A stretch of DNA of 64,000 nucleotides. Source: an uncultured Nitrospiraceae bacterium (GTDB lineage Bacteria > Nitrospirota > Thermodesulfovibrionia > Thermodesulfovibrionales > Dissulfurispiraceae). Made by a program: the position numbers and the translations under genes. Where the stretch lies: positions 192,001 to 256,000 of the forward strand of contig CAVPIW010000014.1 in the NCBI GenBank assembly GCA_963705105.1, in the 5' to 3' direction. The notes below the pieces were generated by a model. The model was not told the origin of the DNA, ran no database searches, and was given only the letters and a program-made list of their open reading frames with translations. Positions 1 to 9,503 of the stretch are shown here, one piece after another (position 1 is the stretch's first letter; each line of letters opens with the position of its first letter).

Positions 1-887
1 TTGTCCGAAAGCTCCCTTCGGACGACAAGTTCCTCAAGAAAGGCATCCCGTGAGTCCCTGCGCACGTCGGCCTTCAGCACATCGAGGGCCACTCGCTGGC
101 ACGAGAGGTGACCGAAATGGAGGTACGGAGAGAGGTCCGATTGGCCGTCGCCTGTCGGGTCGTTCCGCAGGTCGTGGTAGCGGTCGAGGCGCTTCTGAAT
201 GAACACTTTCAGGGCCCTTCCGGCAGGATCTTCCCCGGGTTCCAGCCAGGTAACTTCGGGCACGGACCGGTCGGCCTCAGTCTTGCCGAAAACAGCGTCC
301 CAATCGTTCGCTGTTTGAGGTACGTCCGACGCATGGGGGTGTTTCCGGACACGCGGCATGTCATGAAGGAACGACGGGAGCGCCTTCCTGATCTTCGGAC
401 GGATGGTGTAAGCGGCATATTCCTGCTTTTGCGAAGCCGCTCTGCAGGGAACGATGTTGTGGGCATCGACTTCATACATAGGGATCGTGATCGTCCGGGC
501 GACGGATTCCTTCCACTGTCGTTTGACGCGGAGCGGATCGAAATCGGTGACAAGGGCGCCGGCGCCTGCCTCCGCCAGAAACGCCGGGAGCTCTTCTGCA
601 GGATCGCCCCTGAGAAGGCGGAAGGCTATGTTGAGGCTCGCCAGTCGTTCCTCAACCTGCCGCAGTCCCCTGAACATGAATGCATACTGGCGATAGGCAG
701 CGTTCAGGAAGAGGGGGACGAGGCAGAAGACGACGACGAGCGGGACTTTCAGCCCGACGGCGAGGTCCTGACCGTGGAGGAGCGCCCAATTGTCGCCCAC
801 CCTCTGGTCGCGGCTCATCCAGTAGACCACCGGTCCCCTTGCGGGAGACCCTTGTCTGAGTATGGCTGCCCTTCGTTCGTCTACCAT
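1..887 (-). CDS. phrB: Class II deoxyribodipyrimidine (CPD) photolyase, 3' end outside window
   Basis: Not in the ORF track because there is no stop in the window. Manual translation from ATG 887: MVDERRAAIL..GPVVYWMSRDQRVGDNWALL..YEVDAHNIVPC..SQKQEYAAYTIRPKI..DAFLEELVVRRELSD, which are class II photolyase motifs. Confidence 0.92.
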   Translation of the reverse strand, partial: MVDERRAAILRQGSPARGPVVYWMSRDQRVGDNWALLHGQDLAVGLKVPLVVVFCLVPLFLNAAYRQYAFMFRGLRQVEERLASLNIAFRLLRGDPAEELPAFLAEAGAGALVTDFDPLRVKRQWKESVARTITIPMYEVDAHNIVPCRAASQKQEYAAYTIRPKIRKALPSFLHDMPRVRKHPHASDVPQTANDWDAVFGKTEADRSVPEVTWLEPGEDPAGRALKVFIQKRLDRYHDLRNDPTGDGQSDLSPYLHFGHLSCQRVALDVLKADVRRDSRDAFLEELVVRRELSD

Positions 888-1002
888 GACACATTCATAA
901 TACCACGGGTATCAGGGAGGCGACAAAAAGCAGCAGGGATTGTAGCTTGCGGGAAAGAAACATTATCCGCTACAATGGCTTCATTACCCCGGGGCATGTA
1001 TT

Positions 1003-1283
1003 TACCCTATAGCTGCATTGAAAGGCGGGGCGAAGCGCTCTGAAATACAGTGTCAGTGACAGTGTGAGTGTCAGCAAAAAGTTCACCTTTTTCAGCCGTC
1101 GGCCTGAAATAGCTTCATCGATGTCGGGCCGTTCGGGGAACGGCCCCTACAGGATTCCGCTGTCTGTGTCATCGACCATTGGCATGCAGTTCATCTTTCG
1201 TTTTGATACAGGTGTCGCCGCAGCAAGGTTGTCAGCGCATACACCCCGCCTTTCCCGGGAGTGTATTGCAACGATAAGGTTTA
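1003..1283. repeat. Dispersed repeat, type A copy (AAAGGCGGGGCGAAGCGC ... GCGCATACACCCCGCCTTT ends, hexamer GTGTCA/GTGACA run, internal GTAG-type REP hairpin)
   Basis: Aligns by eye with 3353-3605, 53258-53428 (reverse), 56079-56354 and 57648-57946. Confidence 0.9.
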
Positions 1284-1299
1284 CGACAGGAGGACGATC

Positions 1300-1785
1300 G
1301 TGAAATTCACCCATTTCGACGAGGAGGGGAAGGCAAGGATGGTCGACGTCTCCGCAAAACCTGCGACGCTCCGCGATGCTGTCGCCTCCGGCAGGATCGT
1401 CATGAAGCCGGAGACGCTAAGGATGATCGGAGAGGGACAGGTCGCCAAGGGCGACGTCCTCGGCGTGGCCCGCCTTGCCGGCATCATGGCGGCGAAGCGG
1501 ACGGGAGACCTCATCCCCCTGTGCCACCCCCTGCCGGTCACCTCTATTACGATCGAGTTCGCACTCGACGAAGCCGCCAGTGCCGTCGATATCAAGTCAA
1601 CGGTGAAAACAGTGGGACAGACCGGCGTCGAGATGGAGGCACTCGTCGCTGCATCGGTCGCAGCCCTCACGATCTACGACATGTGCAAGGCCGCTGACAG
1701 GGAAATGGTCATCTCCGACATCAAGCTCCTCAGGAAAAGCGGCGGCAAGAGCGGGGTCTTTGTCCGGAGCGACACAAAGAGCTGA
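1300..1785 (+). CDS. moaC: Cyclic pyranopterin monophosphate synthase MoaC
   Basis: GTG 1300 with AGGAGG at 1288-1293; motifs [41 protein letters not shown]. Confidence 0.97.
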   Translation: MKFTHFDEEGKARMVDVSAKPATLRDAVASGRIVMKPETLRMIGEGQVAKGDVLGVARLAGIMAAKRTGDLIPLCHPLPVTSITIEFALDEAASAVDIKSTVKTVGQTGVEMEALVAASVAALTIYDMCKAADREMVISDIKLLRKSGGKSGVFVRSDTKS

Positions 1786-1804
1786 CCGGCACGGTCACCT
1801 TCCG

Positions 1805-3394
1805 ATGCCCCAGGCGTCACCCTCTGTCCTTCTCATCAATCCTCCCGTCACAAAGCCCTGTGAGCCGCCTGCGGGCATGGCGAAGCTCTCGGCTGCTCTC
1901 AGGGGATACGGTATCGCTCACCGCATCATTGATGCCAATGTCGGGGGGCTCCTCTGTTTGTTGGCGCGACCTCTGCCTTCCGGCAGGGGAGACGACGCGT
2001 GGACGAAAAGGTCTGTTCGCAACGTTGAGCACAACCTTTCGCTTCTGAGGGACTTCTCCCTGTATGGGCACAGGGACCGTTACATGAGGGCTGTGAAGGA
2101 CATCGGGAGGGTCCTTGCCCGCGCATCTCCTCCCGGCATTGGCGTGGGGATCGCGAATTACGAGCAGAATGATCTCTCGCCCCTGAGGAGCGCCGATCTC
2201 ATCGCCGCCTCGGAACGTCCGGAGAGGAATCCCTTCTATCCCTACTTCAGGTCGCAAATCGAGGAGGTCTTCCACGATTTCACACCGACGGCCGCCGGCA
2301 TTTCCCTGAACTTTCTCAGCCAGGCCATCCCTGCCTTTTCCCTGATCGGCGCCCTGCGCCGCGCCTGCCCGGGACTCACGGTGATTGTGGGCGGGGGTCT
2401 TGTCACATCATGGCTGAGCAACCCCCGGTGGACAAACCCTTTTCGGGGCCTCATCGATCACCTCGTCGCCGGTCCCGGTGAGCACCGCCTTGCGGCGCTG
2501 CTCGGGATGACTCCCCGCCCTGAGGAAAGATGGTGCCCGGATTACTCGTCACTGCATGACAACGGGTATCTCGCCCCGGGGTTTGTTGTCCCCTACAGCG
2601 CCTCGGCGGGCTGTTACTGGAGAAAGTGCCGTTTTTGTCCCGAGACATCCGAGGCAAATCCCTACGCGCCGGTCCCTGCCGGTCAGGTGATGGAGGACCT
2701 GAAGAAACTTGCGGAGAAGACTTCCCCCGTCCTCATCCATTTTCTCGACAACGCCATGAGTCCAGCGCTCCTCCGTGCCCTCGCCGCAGGGGGACCGGGT
2801 ATTCCCTGGTACGGGTTCTGCCGTATCGATTCGGGACTGGTGGATCCTGATTTGTGCATGGCCCTCAGGGAGTCCGGTTGCGTCATGCTCAAACTCGGGA
2901 TAGAGTCGGGGGATCAGGGGGTGCTTAATGCCCTGGGAAAGGGGATCACCGCGGAGACGGCATCGCGTGTATTGAAAAATCTCAAGAGGGCAGGCATTGC
3001 AACATATGTCTATCTCCTGTTCGGCACGCCGGCGGAGTCGGAGGAGGCGGCCCGGAACACTCTTGCATTCACGGTCCGCCACTGCGACAGCATCGACTTT
3101 CTCAACCTGGCCATTTTCAACATGCCTGTCTGCGGAGATGAGGCCGAGGAGATGGAGACGAGGAACTTTTATGAAGGGGACCTGTCACTCTACAGGGAAT
3201 TTACCCATCCGCTGGGATGGAACAGGAGGCGCGTCAGGGCCTTCCTCGACAGGGAATTCAGGAGACACCCGGCGATATCGCCGATCCTGATGAATGATCC
3301 CCCGTTCTTTACCTCGAACCATGCCCCCTTCTTCGTCATGCAGCGCCAGACATACCCTTGCAGTTGCATAGAGAGGCGTGGCGAAACGCTCTGA
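1805..3394 (+). CDS. B12-binding-domain radical SAM protein
   Basis: N-terminal LLINPP, GCYWRKCRFC (CxxxCxxC), LKLGIESG, YLLFGTP. ATG 1805 chosen over TTG 1760. Confidence 0.85.
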   Translation: MPQASPSVLLINPPVTKPCEPPAGMAKLSAALRGYGIAHRIIDANVGGLLCLLARPLPSGRGDDAWTKRSVRNVEHNLSLLRDFSLYGHRDRYMRAVKDIGRVLARASPPGIGVGIANYEQNDLSPLRSADLIAASERPERNPFYPYFRSQIEEVFHDFTPTAAGISLNFLSQAIPAFSLIGALRRACPGLTVIVGGGLVTSWLSNPRWTNPFRGLIDHLVAGPGEHRLAALLGMTPRPEERWCPDYSSLHDNGYLAPGFVVPYSASAGCYWRKCRFCPETSEANPYAPVPAGQVMEDLKKLAEKTSPVLIHFLDNAMSPALLRALAAGGPGIPWYGFCRIDSGLVDPDLCMALRESGCVMLKLGIESGDQGVLNALGKGITAETASRVLKNLKRAGIATYVYLLFGTPAESEEAARNTLAFTVRHCDSIDFLNLAIFNMPVCGDEAEEMETRNFYEGDLSLYREFTHPLGWNRRRVRAFLDREFRRHPAISPILMNDPPFFTSNHAPFFVMQRQTYPCSCIERRGETL

Positions 3395-3698
3395 AAACCA
3401 GTGTCAGTGACAGTGTGAGTGTCAGTACAAAGGTCACCTTTTTTGCCGTCGGCCTGAAACAGCTTCATCGATGCCGGGCCATTCGGGGAATGGCCCCTAC
3501 ACGATTTCATCCTTTGTGTGGTCGACCATTGGTTTGAAAGGTTGTCTTCTGTGAGAGTTATGGTGTCGCCGCAGCAAGGTTTTCGGCGCTTCACCCCGCC
3601 TTTCCGGAGAGCGTATTACGCGATATGCGTATCCCCGCGTGTCGGTGTTCCCGCCCGGGGTTCGTGGCGTGATGGTGATACACCCCGCCTTTCCGGAA
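3353..3698. repeat. Dispersed repeat, type A copy plus an extra right end (GATACACCCCGCCTTTCCGGA at about 3677-3697)
   Basis: Close match to 1003-1253 and 56150-56325. Confidence 0.88.
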
Positions 3699-3910
3699 AT
3701 CACATGCAGTGTATTCAGTATACTTTCTTGCACCCCTGCCTCTGCGGCTTTCGCCGTCGACTCCCGCCGCCATGAACATTACCCGTGAATTTTGCTTCAG
3801 AAACCAAACCCTATCCTCCCTTTCGAGGTCTCACTGTAAGTCGTTATTTGGACAGGGTATTGATTCATATGCCATGACGGAAGGCGGGCGAAGGGTAACT
3901 TAGTCAGATT

Positions 3911-3958
3911 AATTACTTAATGACTCAGTGACTTCATGACTTTGTGCCTTGGTGACTT
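3911..3958. repeat. Degenerate 8-bp tandem array (AATTACTT AATGACTC AGTGACTT CATGACTT TGTGCCTT GGTGACTT)
   Basis: Visible period-8 motif; the same unit AATGACTT occurs three times at 56658-56681. Confidence 0.7.
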
Positions 3959-5336
3959 ATTCCAGGCTGACTGACGCGGGGGGCTCTGACGAAATATTCA
4001 GCTCCTTGATCATCTTCCAGAGGGTCACCCTGCTGATGCCGAGGTAGTTCGCCGTAAGGGTCCTGTTCCAGTTGTGTTTTCTCAGGGCGGCGAGAAGGCA
4101 TTCGCGGCGGTCTGCATCCGCCCCGGGGATGCCCTTGCGGTTCCTGGCCTCGACGATGTAATCGGGGAGGTCCGCCAGGCCGATCACGTCTTCCCTGCAC
4201 GATATGGCGGCGAACTCCAGTGCGTTGATGAGCTGCCGGACGTTCCCCGGCCAGTGGTATGCCTCGATCGCCTCGACCGCCTCCGGCGTGACACGCTGAA
4301 TGGTCCGGCTGTTCACCAGGTTGATGCGCCGCAGGATGTGCGAAATAATGAGCGGCAGGTCCTCCTTCCGCTCCCTCAGGGCGGGAGTACGGATAGGTAT
4401 GACATTGATCCGGTAGTAGAGGTCCTCCCGGAACTGGCCCTTCTCGACCAGCTCATGGAGGTCTTTGTTCGTGGCGGTGACAAGGCGGATGTTAACATGG
4501 ATGGGCCTGTGATCGCCGACTCGCTCGATCTCCCTCTCCTGGATGACCCGTAAAAGCTTGACCTGCATGGGTTGGGACATGTCACCGATTTCATCGAGGA
4601 AGATGCTCCCGTTGTTCGCAGCTTCGAATCGCCCCTCACGGTCCTTGACGGCGCCGGTGAATGCGCCCCTGACGTGTCCGAAGAGCTCGCTCTCGAGGAG
4701 GAATTCATTGAGCGCCGCACAGTTGACCTTGATGTAGGGACCCTTGTTCCGCCGGCTCAGCTTGTGGATCGCGAGTGCCACGAGCTCCTTGCCCGTGCCG
4801 CTCTCGCCGGAGATGATCACCGGGGCTTCACTCCGCGCGGCGTTCTGGATCTGTTCATAGAGGCTCATCATGACGGGGCTCTTCCCGTCAAGCCCCATGA
4901 ATCCCTGTTCGTGCTTGAGCTCGTGCCGCAGTTCCTCGATCTCGAGATCTTTCATGTACAGAGAGGTGACATCAGTCATCGCCTCGACGGCGCCGACGAC
5001 CTCACCGGAAGGGTCTTTCAGGACAATGGCGTTTTTCAGCAGATGGACAACGCGTCCCTCTTTCGACCGGATGTGACATTTCTTTTTCGAGACCGATCCC
5101 AATTCGAAAAGCGGGCATTTCTTGTCCTTGCCCGATTCCCCGTGAAAGACGCAGGTATCGGTATCAAGAATGGTGCAGGGTTTCCCGATGACCTCATCCA
5201 CGCAGTACCCGGTAATCTCCTCGGCGGCCTTGTTGAAGAAGAGGATGGTCCCGTCCTTGTCGACGACCATGATGCCGCTGGTCATCGTCCTGAGGACGCT
5301 CATGAGAAAGCCTGGATCGGAGAAGAATTCTTGCAT
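3957..5336 (-). CDS. PAS-domain sigma-54-dependent transcriptional activator (PAS-AAA+-Fis HTH)
   Basis: GESGTGKE Walker A, ESELFGH, GAFTGA, FLDEIG, WPGNVRQL, C-terminal LGISRVTLWK HTH. Confidence 0.95.
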   Translation of the reverse strand: MQEFFSDPGFLMSVLRTMTSGIMVVDKDGTILFFNKAAEEITGYCVDEVIGKPCTILDTDTCVFHGESGKDKKCPLFELGSVSKKKCHIRSKEGRVVHLLKNAIVLKDPSGEVVGAVEAMTDVTSLYMKDLEIEELRHELKHEQGFMGLDGKSPVMMSLYEQIQNAARSEAPVIISGESGTGKELVALAIHKLSRRNKGPYIKVNCAALNEFLLESELFGHVRGAFTGAVKDREGRFEAANNGSIFLDEIGDMSQPMQVKLLRVIQEREIERVGDHRPIHVNIRLVTATNKDLHELVEKGQFREDLYYRINVIPIRTPALRERKEDLPLIISHILRRINLVNSRTIQRVTPEAVEAIEAYHWPGNVRQLINALEFAAISCREDVIGLADLPDYIVEARNRKGIPGADADRRECLLAALRKHNWNRTLTANYLGISRVTLWKMIKELNISSEPPASVSLE

Positions 5337-5534
5337 ATATTTGTGTTAAAGACGTTGTTGACTTTGAACAGTATTTAACATTATTATTAACAGATTGGTC
5401 AAGAGGGCGGTAAAATCTATTGCGTTTGAATGGTTTTATTGCTTGCATGAATCCTGCAAATGATGAGAAATCTGAATAGGGTGACCCGCCCTTGGCGGGA
5501 AAAAATATATACATCGTTCGTGCAAGGAGGCAGT

Positions 5535-6884
5535 ATGAAGGGAAAGCACAGAGGGACCTTCCTGGCACTGGCGGTGCTTGCGGCGGCCCTGCTGCTCGTC
5601 TCGACGACGGGATTGGCGCAGCAGAAGCCGAAGATCCTCAAGCCCTGCTCTCAGTGCCACAAGGCGGATGAGAAAGTCCTGCGCGGTCTGCTCGGCAACG
5701 TTTCACAGAAGGCCGAGACATTCTCGATCAACGCAGGCGGCGTCTGGAACGTCAAGTTCGATGACACCACGAAGATCGTCGGGTGGGCGGGGGAGCTCCA
5801 CAAGATCCCCAAGGAGAAGGAGATTGCCGTAACCTACGTTGAGCGTGAAGGCGCCGTTTATGCTTCAGTCGTCTCGGTGAAGCAGCCTGCCAAGATCGCG
5901 CCGGAGAAAATGCTGACCGTCGAGCAGATGGCCGATATCGTCGAGAAGGGCGACGCCGTCATCGTCGACTCGCGCCCCGCTCCCCGGTTTTACGAGGGGG
6001 CGCTCCCCGGCGCCATCAACATCTATGACGCCGAATTCGACAAGCATATCGACAAGCTGCCGCAGGACAAGAACAAGCTCATCGTTTTCTACTGCGCGGG
6101 ACCTACCTGAAGGCTGAGCCCCTCCTCTGCCAGTAAGGCGGAGAAACTCGGCTACACGAACGTCAGGATCTTCCATGACGGCATACCTGCCTGGAAGAAG
6201 TCCGGCAAGCTCACGATCGAGTGCGTCCAGTGTCTCGTCGAGCGCGTGAAGCTCGACATCCCGACGATTATTGTGGACCTGAGGTCCCCGGGCGATGCGA
6301 AGAAGGAGCATATCCCCGGCGCCGTCAGTGTCCCTATGACGGACATCAGCTCGGCCTACGAGCGTTTCCCCAAGGACAAGAGGGCGCCCATCGTCCTCTA
6401 TTCGCACGACACCAGGTCGGCCGTCCAGGCCTTCGAGGTCATCAGCATCTGGGGCGGATTCACGAACATCACCGTCCTGCAGGGCGGGTTCCCCGAGTGG
6501 AAGAAGCTGGGAGGCAAGGTCGCATCGGGAGACCTGCCGACGAAGATCGTCTATGAGCCCAAGCCGAGGCCCGGAGAGATCGGGATAGAAGAGTTCAAGA
6601 AGATCGCCGAGACGAGACCTGCGGACAAATTCATCCTCGACGTGAGAGACTCCGAGGAGGCCGAGGCGGGCATGCTCGTGGGCGCGAAGAACATCCCGAC
6701 CCAGGACATCCCGAAGAAAATAGGCGAGTTCCCCAAGGACAAGGAGATCGTCATCCATTGCACCACGGGGGTGAGGGCCGAGCTTGCCTACCACTCCCTG
6801 AAAGATGCAGGGTACAAGTCCCGGTTTCTAAACGCGATCGTCAAGATCGACCCGGCCGGCAGATACGAGATAACAAAGGAGTAA
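5535..6884 (+). CDS. Exported CxxCH-containing triple rhodanese-domain protein, putative selenoprotein (in-frame TGA 6108-6110), 449 aa
   Basis: ORFs 5460-6110 and 6246-6884 share a frame. Read-through gives FYCAGPT-U-RLSPSSASKAEKLGYTNVRIFHDGIPAW, a continuous rhodanese domain. AAGGAGG RBS before ATG 5535, signal peptide, CSQCH. Confidence 0.85.
6112..6153 (+). promoter_or_regulatory. Putative bacterial SECIS hairpin
   Basis: Lower stem GGCTGAG(6112-18)/CTCGGCT(6147-53); upper stem CTCTGCC(6125-31)/GGCGGAG(6137-43); loop AGTAA with G at position 2, 21 nt after the TGA. Confidence 0.75.
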
Positions 6885-6888
6885 GACA

Positions 6889-8244
6889 TCAGAAGGGCGA
6901 CCAGCTCGGCCTGGTCGCCCTCACATTCCTCGGCGTCACCCTCTTCTGACCCTCCCCGTTGACCACCATGACATAGATCCCCTTGGCTCCGTCCCTGTCG
7001 GACGTGAAGGCTATAAACCTGCCGTCAGGGGAGAAGGTGGGGTCCTCGTTGTTGCCCCGGTCGGTCAGGCGGGCGACACCGCTTCCGTCGGGTTTCATGA
7101 CGTAAATCTGCTTTCTCCCGCCGATGAGACTCACATAAGCGATGCGGTCGCCTTTCGGGGACCAGACGGGCGACGTGTTATTTGACCCTTCGAAGGTGAG
7201 CCGCTTGATCATCTCGCCGTTCCTGTCGGCGCTGTAAATCTGGGGGCTGCCGGAACGGTTCGAGGCGAAGAGGATCGTCCTGCCGTCGGGTGACACGGCC
7301 GGTGACACATCGATCCACGGAGATGAGATGATGTTTCTCCCCTTCATGCTCGTTGCATCGCCGATGTAGATGCCGTGCCTGCCATCCTTGGAGGATGTGA
7401 AAACGAATTCCCTGCCGTCGGGGAAAAAGTTCCCCGACATGTTCAGCCCCTGGAGAATGACGAGCTCCCGTTCTTTCAGCGTACCCAGGTCAAGCACGTA
7501 GATGTTCCAGCGCCGGTTCCGCTCCGCAGCATAGAGGAGACGCGACCCGTCGGGTGACCACCGGGGCGTCAGCATGATGCCTCCCGTCAGGCCGATGCCC
7601 TGGCTGCGGTGACCGTCCCAGTCCATGAGGGCGATCTCTTTTTTCGCTCCCCGCTCAGTCACATAGGCCATGCGGGTCCTGAAGACGCCCTGCCGTCCCG
7701 TGAGGAGTTTGTAGATATCATTCGCGACGGAGTGGCCGATGGTCCTCTGTGCCTCCGCCGACCCGGAATACTCTTTCTTCAGCACCTCCCGCTGCTCGGA
7801 CACGTCGAAGGCCGAAACGACGACGGTAAGACCCTTTCCGCGCGCCACCGTCCCCTTGACGACGAGGTCGACGCCGAGGCCGCGCCACCGGTCTGCCAGG
7901 AAAGGCTGATCGGGCCGCTCGATCTGAGCCGCGTCGTCAATACACTCGAAGAGTCCCGTCATGGTGAGGTCATCCCTGACGACTGTCGAAATCTCCCTTC
8001 CGTTCGTAAATGGCTGGATCGCAATGGGGAGTTTTCTGACACCGGGAGAGGTGATATCGAGGTAGACCTTACCTTGAGCCTCACAGGGTGGGGGCACAAG
8101 GGCCAGACTCAAAACTGCGATCAGCATGCAGACCGTAAGGATCAGGCGGAGCCGGCCCGCGTTCAGGGTAATCGTGCATGGAAGGGCGGGGCGAAGCACT
8201 CCGAAAACACTGGCCGGGTTCAGTATTCCTGACGGGGTTGTCAT
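6889..8244 (-). CDS. tolB: Tol-Pal beta-propeller protein TolB (start uncertain; a repeat end lies in the 5' region)
   Basis: KLPIAI N-domain, TRMAYV, PD40 repeats (PRWSPDG, PAVSPDG, PVWSPKG, PTFSPDG); ATGA overlap with the tolA stop. Confidence 0.93.
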   Translation of the reverse strand: MTTPSGILNPASVFGVLRPALPCTITLNAGRLRLILTVCMLIAVLSLALVPPPCEAQGKVYLDITSPGVRKLPIAIQPFTNGREISTVVRDDLTMTGLFECIDDAAQIERPDQPFLADRWRGLGVDLVVKGTVARGKGLTVVVSAFDVSEQREVLKKEYSGSAEAQRTIGHSVANDIYKLLTGRQGVFRTRMAYVTERGAKKEIALMDWDGHRSQGIGLTGGIMLTPRWSPDGSRLLYAAERNRRWNIYVLDLGTLKERELVILQGLNMSGNFFPDGREFVFTSSKDGRHGIYIGDATSMKGRNIISSPWIDVSPAVSPDGRTILFASNRSGSPQIYSADRNGEMIKRLTFEGSNNTSPVWSPKGDRIAYVSLIGGRKQIYVMKPDGSGVARLTDRGNNEDPTFSPDGRFIAFTSDRDGAKGIYVMVVNGEGQKRVTPRNVRATRPSWSPF

Positions 8245-8972
8245 GGCCTGAACCTCACGCCGATCTCCATGTCGGCAGGAGGAGGGGGCAGGGGGCTTGC
8301 CTTCTGGATGGCCCGCAGGACGGACCGGTCAAAGAGGCTGTTCCCGGAGCCTTTTTCGATCTTGTCGATCGTCACCTTTCCGTCCCGTGCGATCCGGATC
8401 GCGACTACCGCTTCGAGGTCCCTTTCGGATCCCTCCGGGAAGATCCACTGCTTTCTGATTTTCTCGACGACCATGGCGTAATAGGTCCCTCCTCCGGACT
8501 GGGCGCCCGATCCGCCGGACGTCCCTGCCCTGTCCGTCTTCGGGGCCGCGGCTGCCGTTTCCCTGCGCGCCGCCGACCCGCCCGAGGACACATCGACGGT
8601 CTTCCGCAAAGCGGCAAGTTTCTCGATTTTCTTTTTGGCCTGGAGCGCCGCGATCCTGTCGGCTACCCGGCCGTCGTCCTCTTTCTTCGTCGCTTCTTTT
8701 TTCACCGCCGGCGCCTGGGGCTGCACCGCTTTTTCACGCTCTACCGTTTTCTTCTGCTCAGGACGCTCTTCCCGCCGGGCCTGCTCCCTCACTGCGGGGC
8801 CGCCGCCGGCGGGGCGGGAGGAGACGGTCGGGCTGTCGACGAGAGAGACGATGTAGGGCATGGGAGGCGGCTTTCCCCGGGAAAGGAGCATGATCAGGAT
8901 GGCGGAGAGAAAGAGGACGGCATGGAGGGCGAGGGAGTAGGGGAGGTAATTGGAGAGGCCCCGCTTCGTCAT
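8241..8972 (-). CDS. tolA: TolA/TonB C-terminal-domain protein
   Basis: SLALHA TM helix, charged linker, SGNSLFDRSVLRAIQKASPLPPPP; position in the tolQRAB operon. Confidence 0.88.
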   Translation of the reverse strand: MTKRGLSNYLPYSLALHAVLFLSAILIMLLSRGKPPPMPYIVSLVDSPTVSSRPAGGGPAVREQARREERPEQKKTVEREKAVQPQAPAVKKEATKKEDDGRVADRIAALQAKKKIEKLAALRKTVDVSSGGSAARRETAAAAPKTDRAGTSGGSGAQSGGGTYYAMVVEKIRKQWIFPEGSERDLEAVVAIRIARDGKVTIDKIEKGSGNSLFDRSVLRAIQKASPLPPPPADMEIGVRFRP

Positions 8973-9370
8973 TGCAGGGACATCTTCGGTTCCGTGACGA
9001 GCCCCAGTTTTTCGATCCCTGCCTCCTTGATCTCTCCCATCACCTCGGCGATGAGACCGTAGGGAACATCACGATCGGCTTTGAGGAAGACGTTCGGATT
9101 CTGCTTGCTCGCCGCGGACAGCCGTTTCACCAACTGCTGCGTCGAAACGGGATTGTCGTTCAGGAAGATAGCCCCCCCTTTCCTGATCACGACGGTGATC
9201 CGTTCTTCCGTGGGCATGTCCTTGCCTTTGGCCTTCGGCAGGTTGACGTCGACGCCCTGCTGAAGGAGAGGCGCCGTGACCATGAAGATGATGAGGAGCA
9301 CGAGCATGACGTCGACGAGAGGGGTGACGTTGATCTCGGACATGGCCGTTCTCTGTCTGGCGACTTTCAT
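8969..9370 (-). CDS. tolR: TolR
   Basis: MSEINVTPLVDVMLVLLIIFMVTAP, LKADRDVPYG. Confidence 0.95.
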   Translation of the reverse strand: MKVARQRTAMSEINVTPLVDVMLVLLIIFMVTAPLLQQGVDVNLPKAKGKDMPTEERITVVIRKGGAIFLNDNPVSTQQLVKRLSAASKQNPNVFLKADRDVPYGLIAEVMGEIKEAGIEKLGLVTEPKMSLQ

Positions 9371-9503
9371 GGCGTCTCCGCAGTGTGTGTGTGAGTGTCA
9401 GTGTCAGTGAAAGGCCTGACTGTCAAACCCCGGCAAGGATTCGGCAACCGCCGCGATGCCACCTTCGCCCCGCCTTTTCGGGCGGTATCTATAACAGTCA
9501 GTG
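9371..9503. repeat. Repeat-family insertion between tolQ and tolR (GTGTCA run plus CTTCGCCCCGCCTTT end)
   Basis: Shares the terminal motif and hexamer run with the other copies. Confidence 0.8.

Noticed and set aside
108..1043. 311-aa plus-strand ORF
   Set aside because: Antisense shadow of the photolyase, ending in repeat-derived codons.
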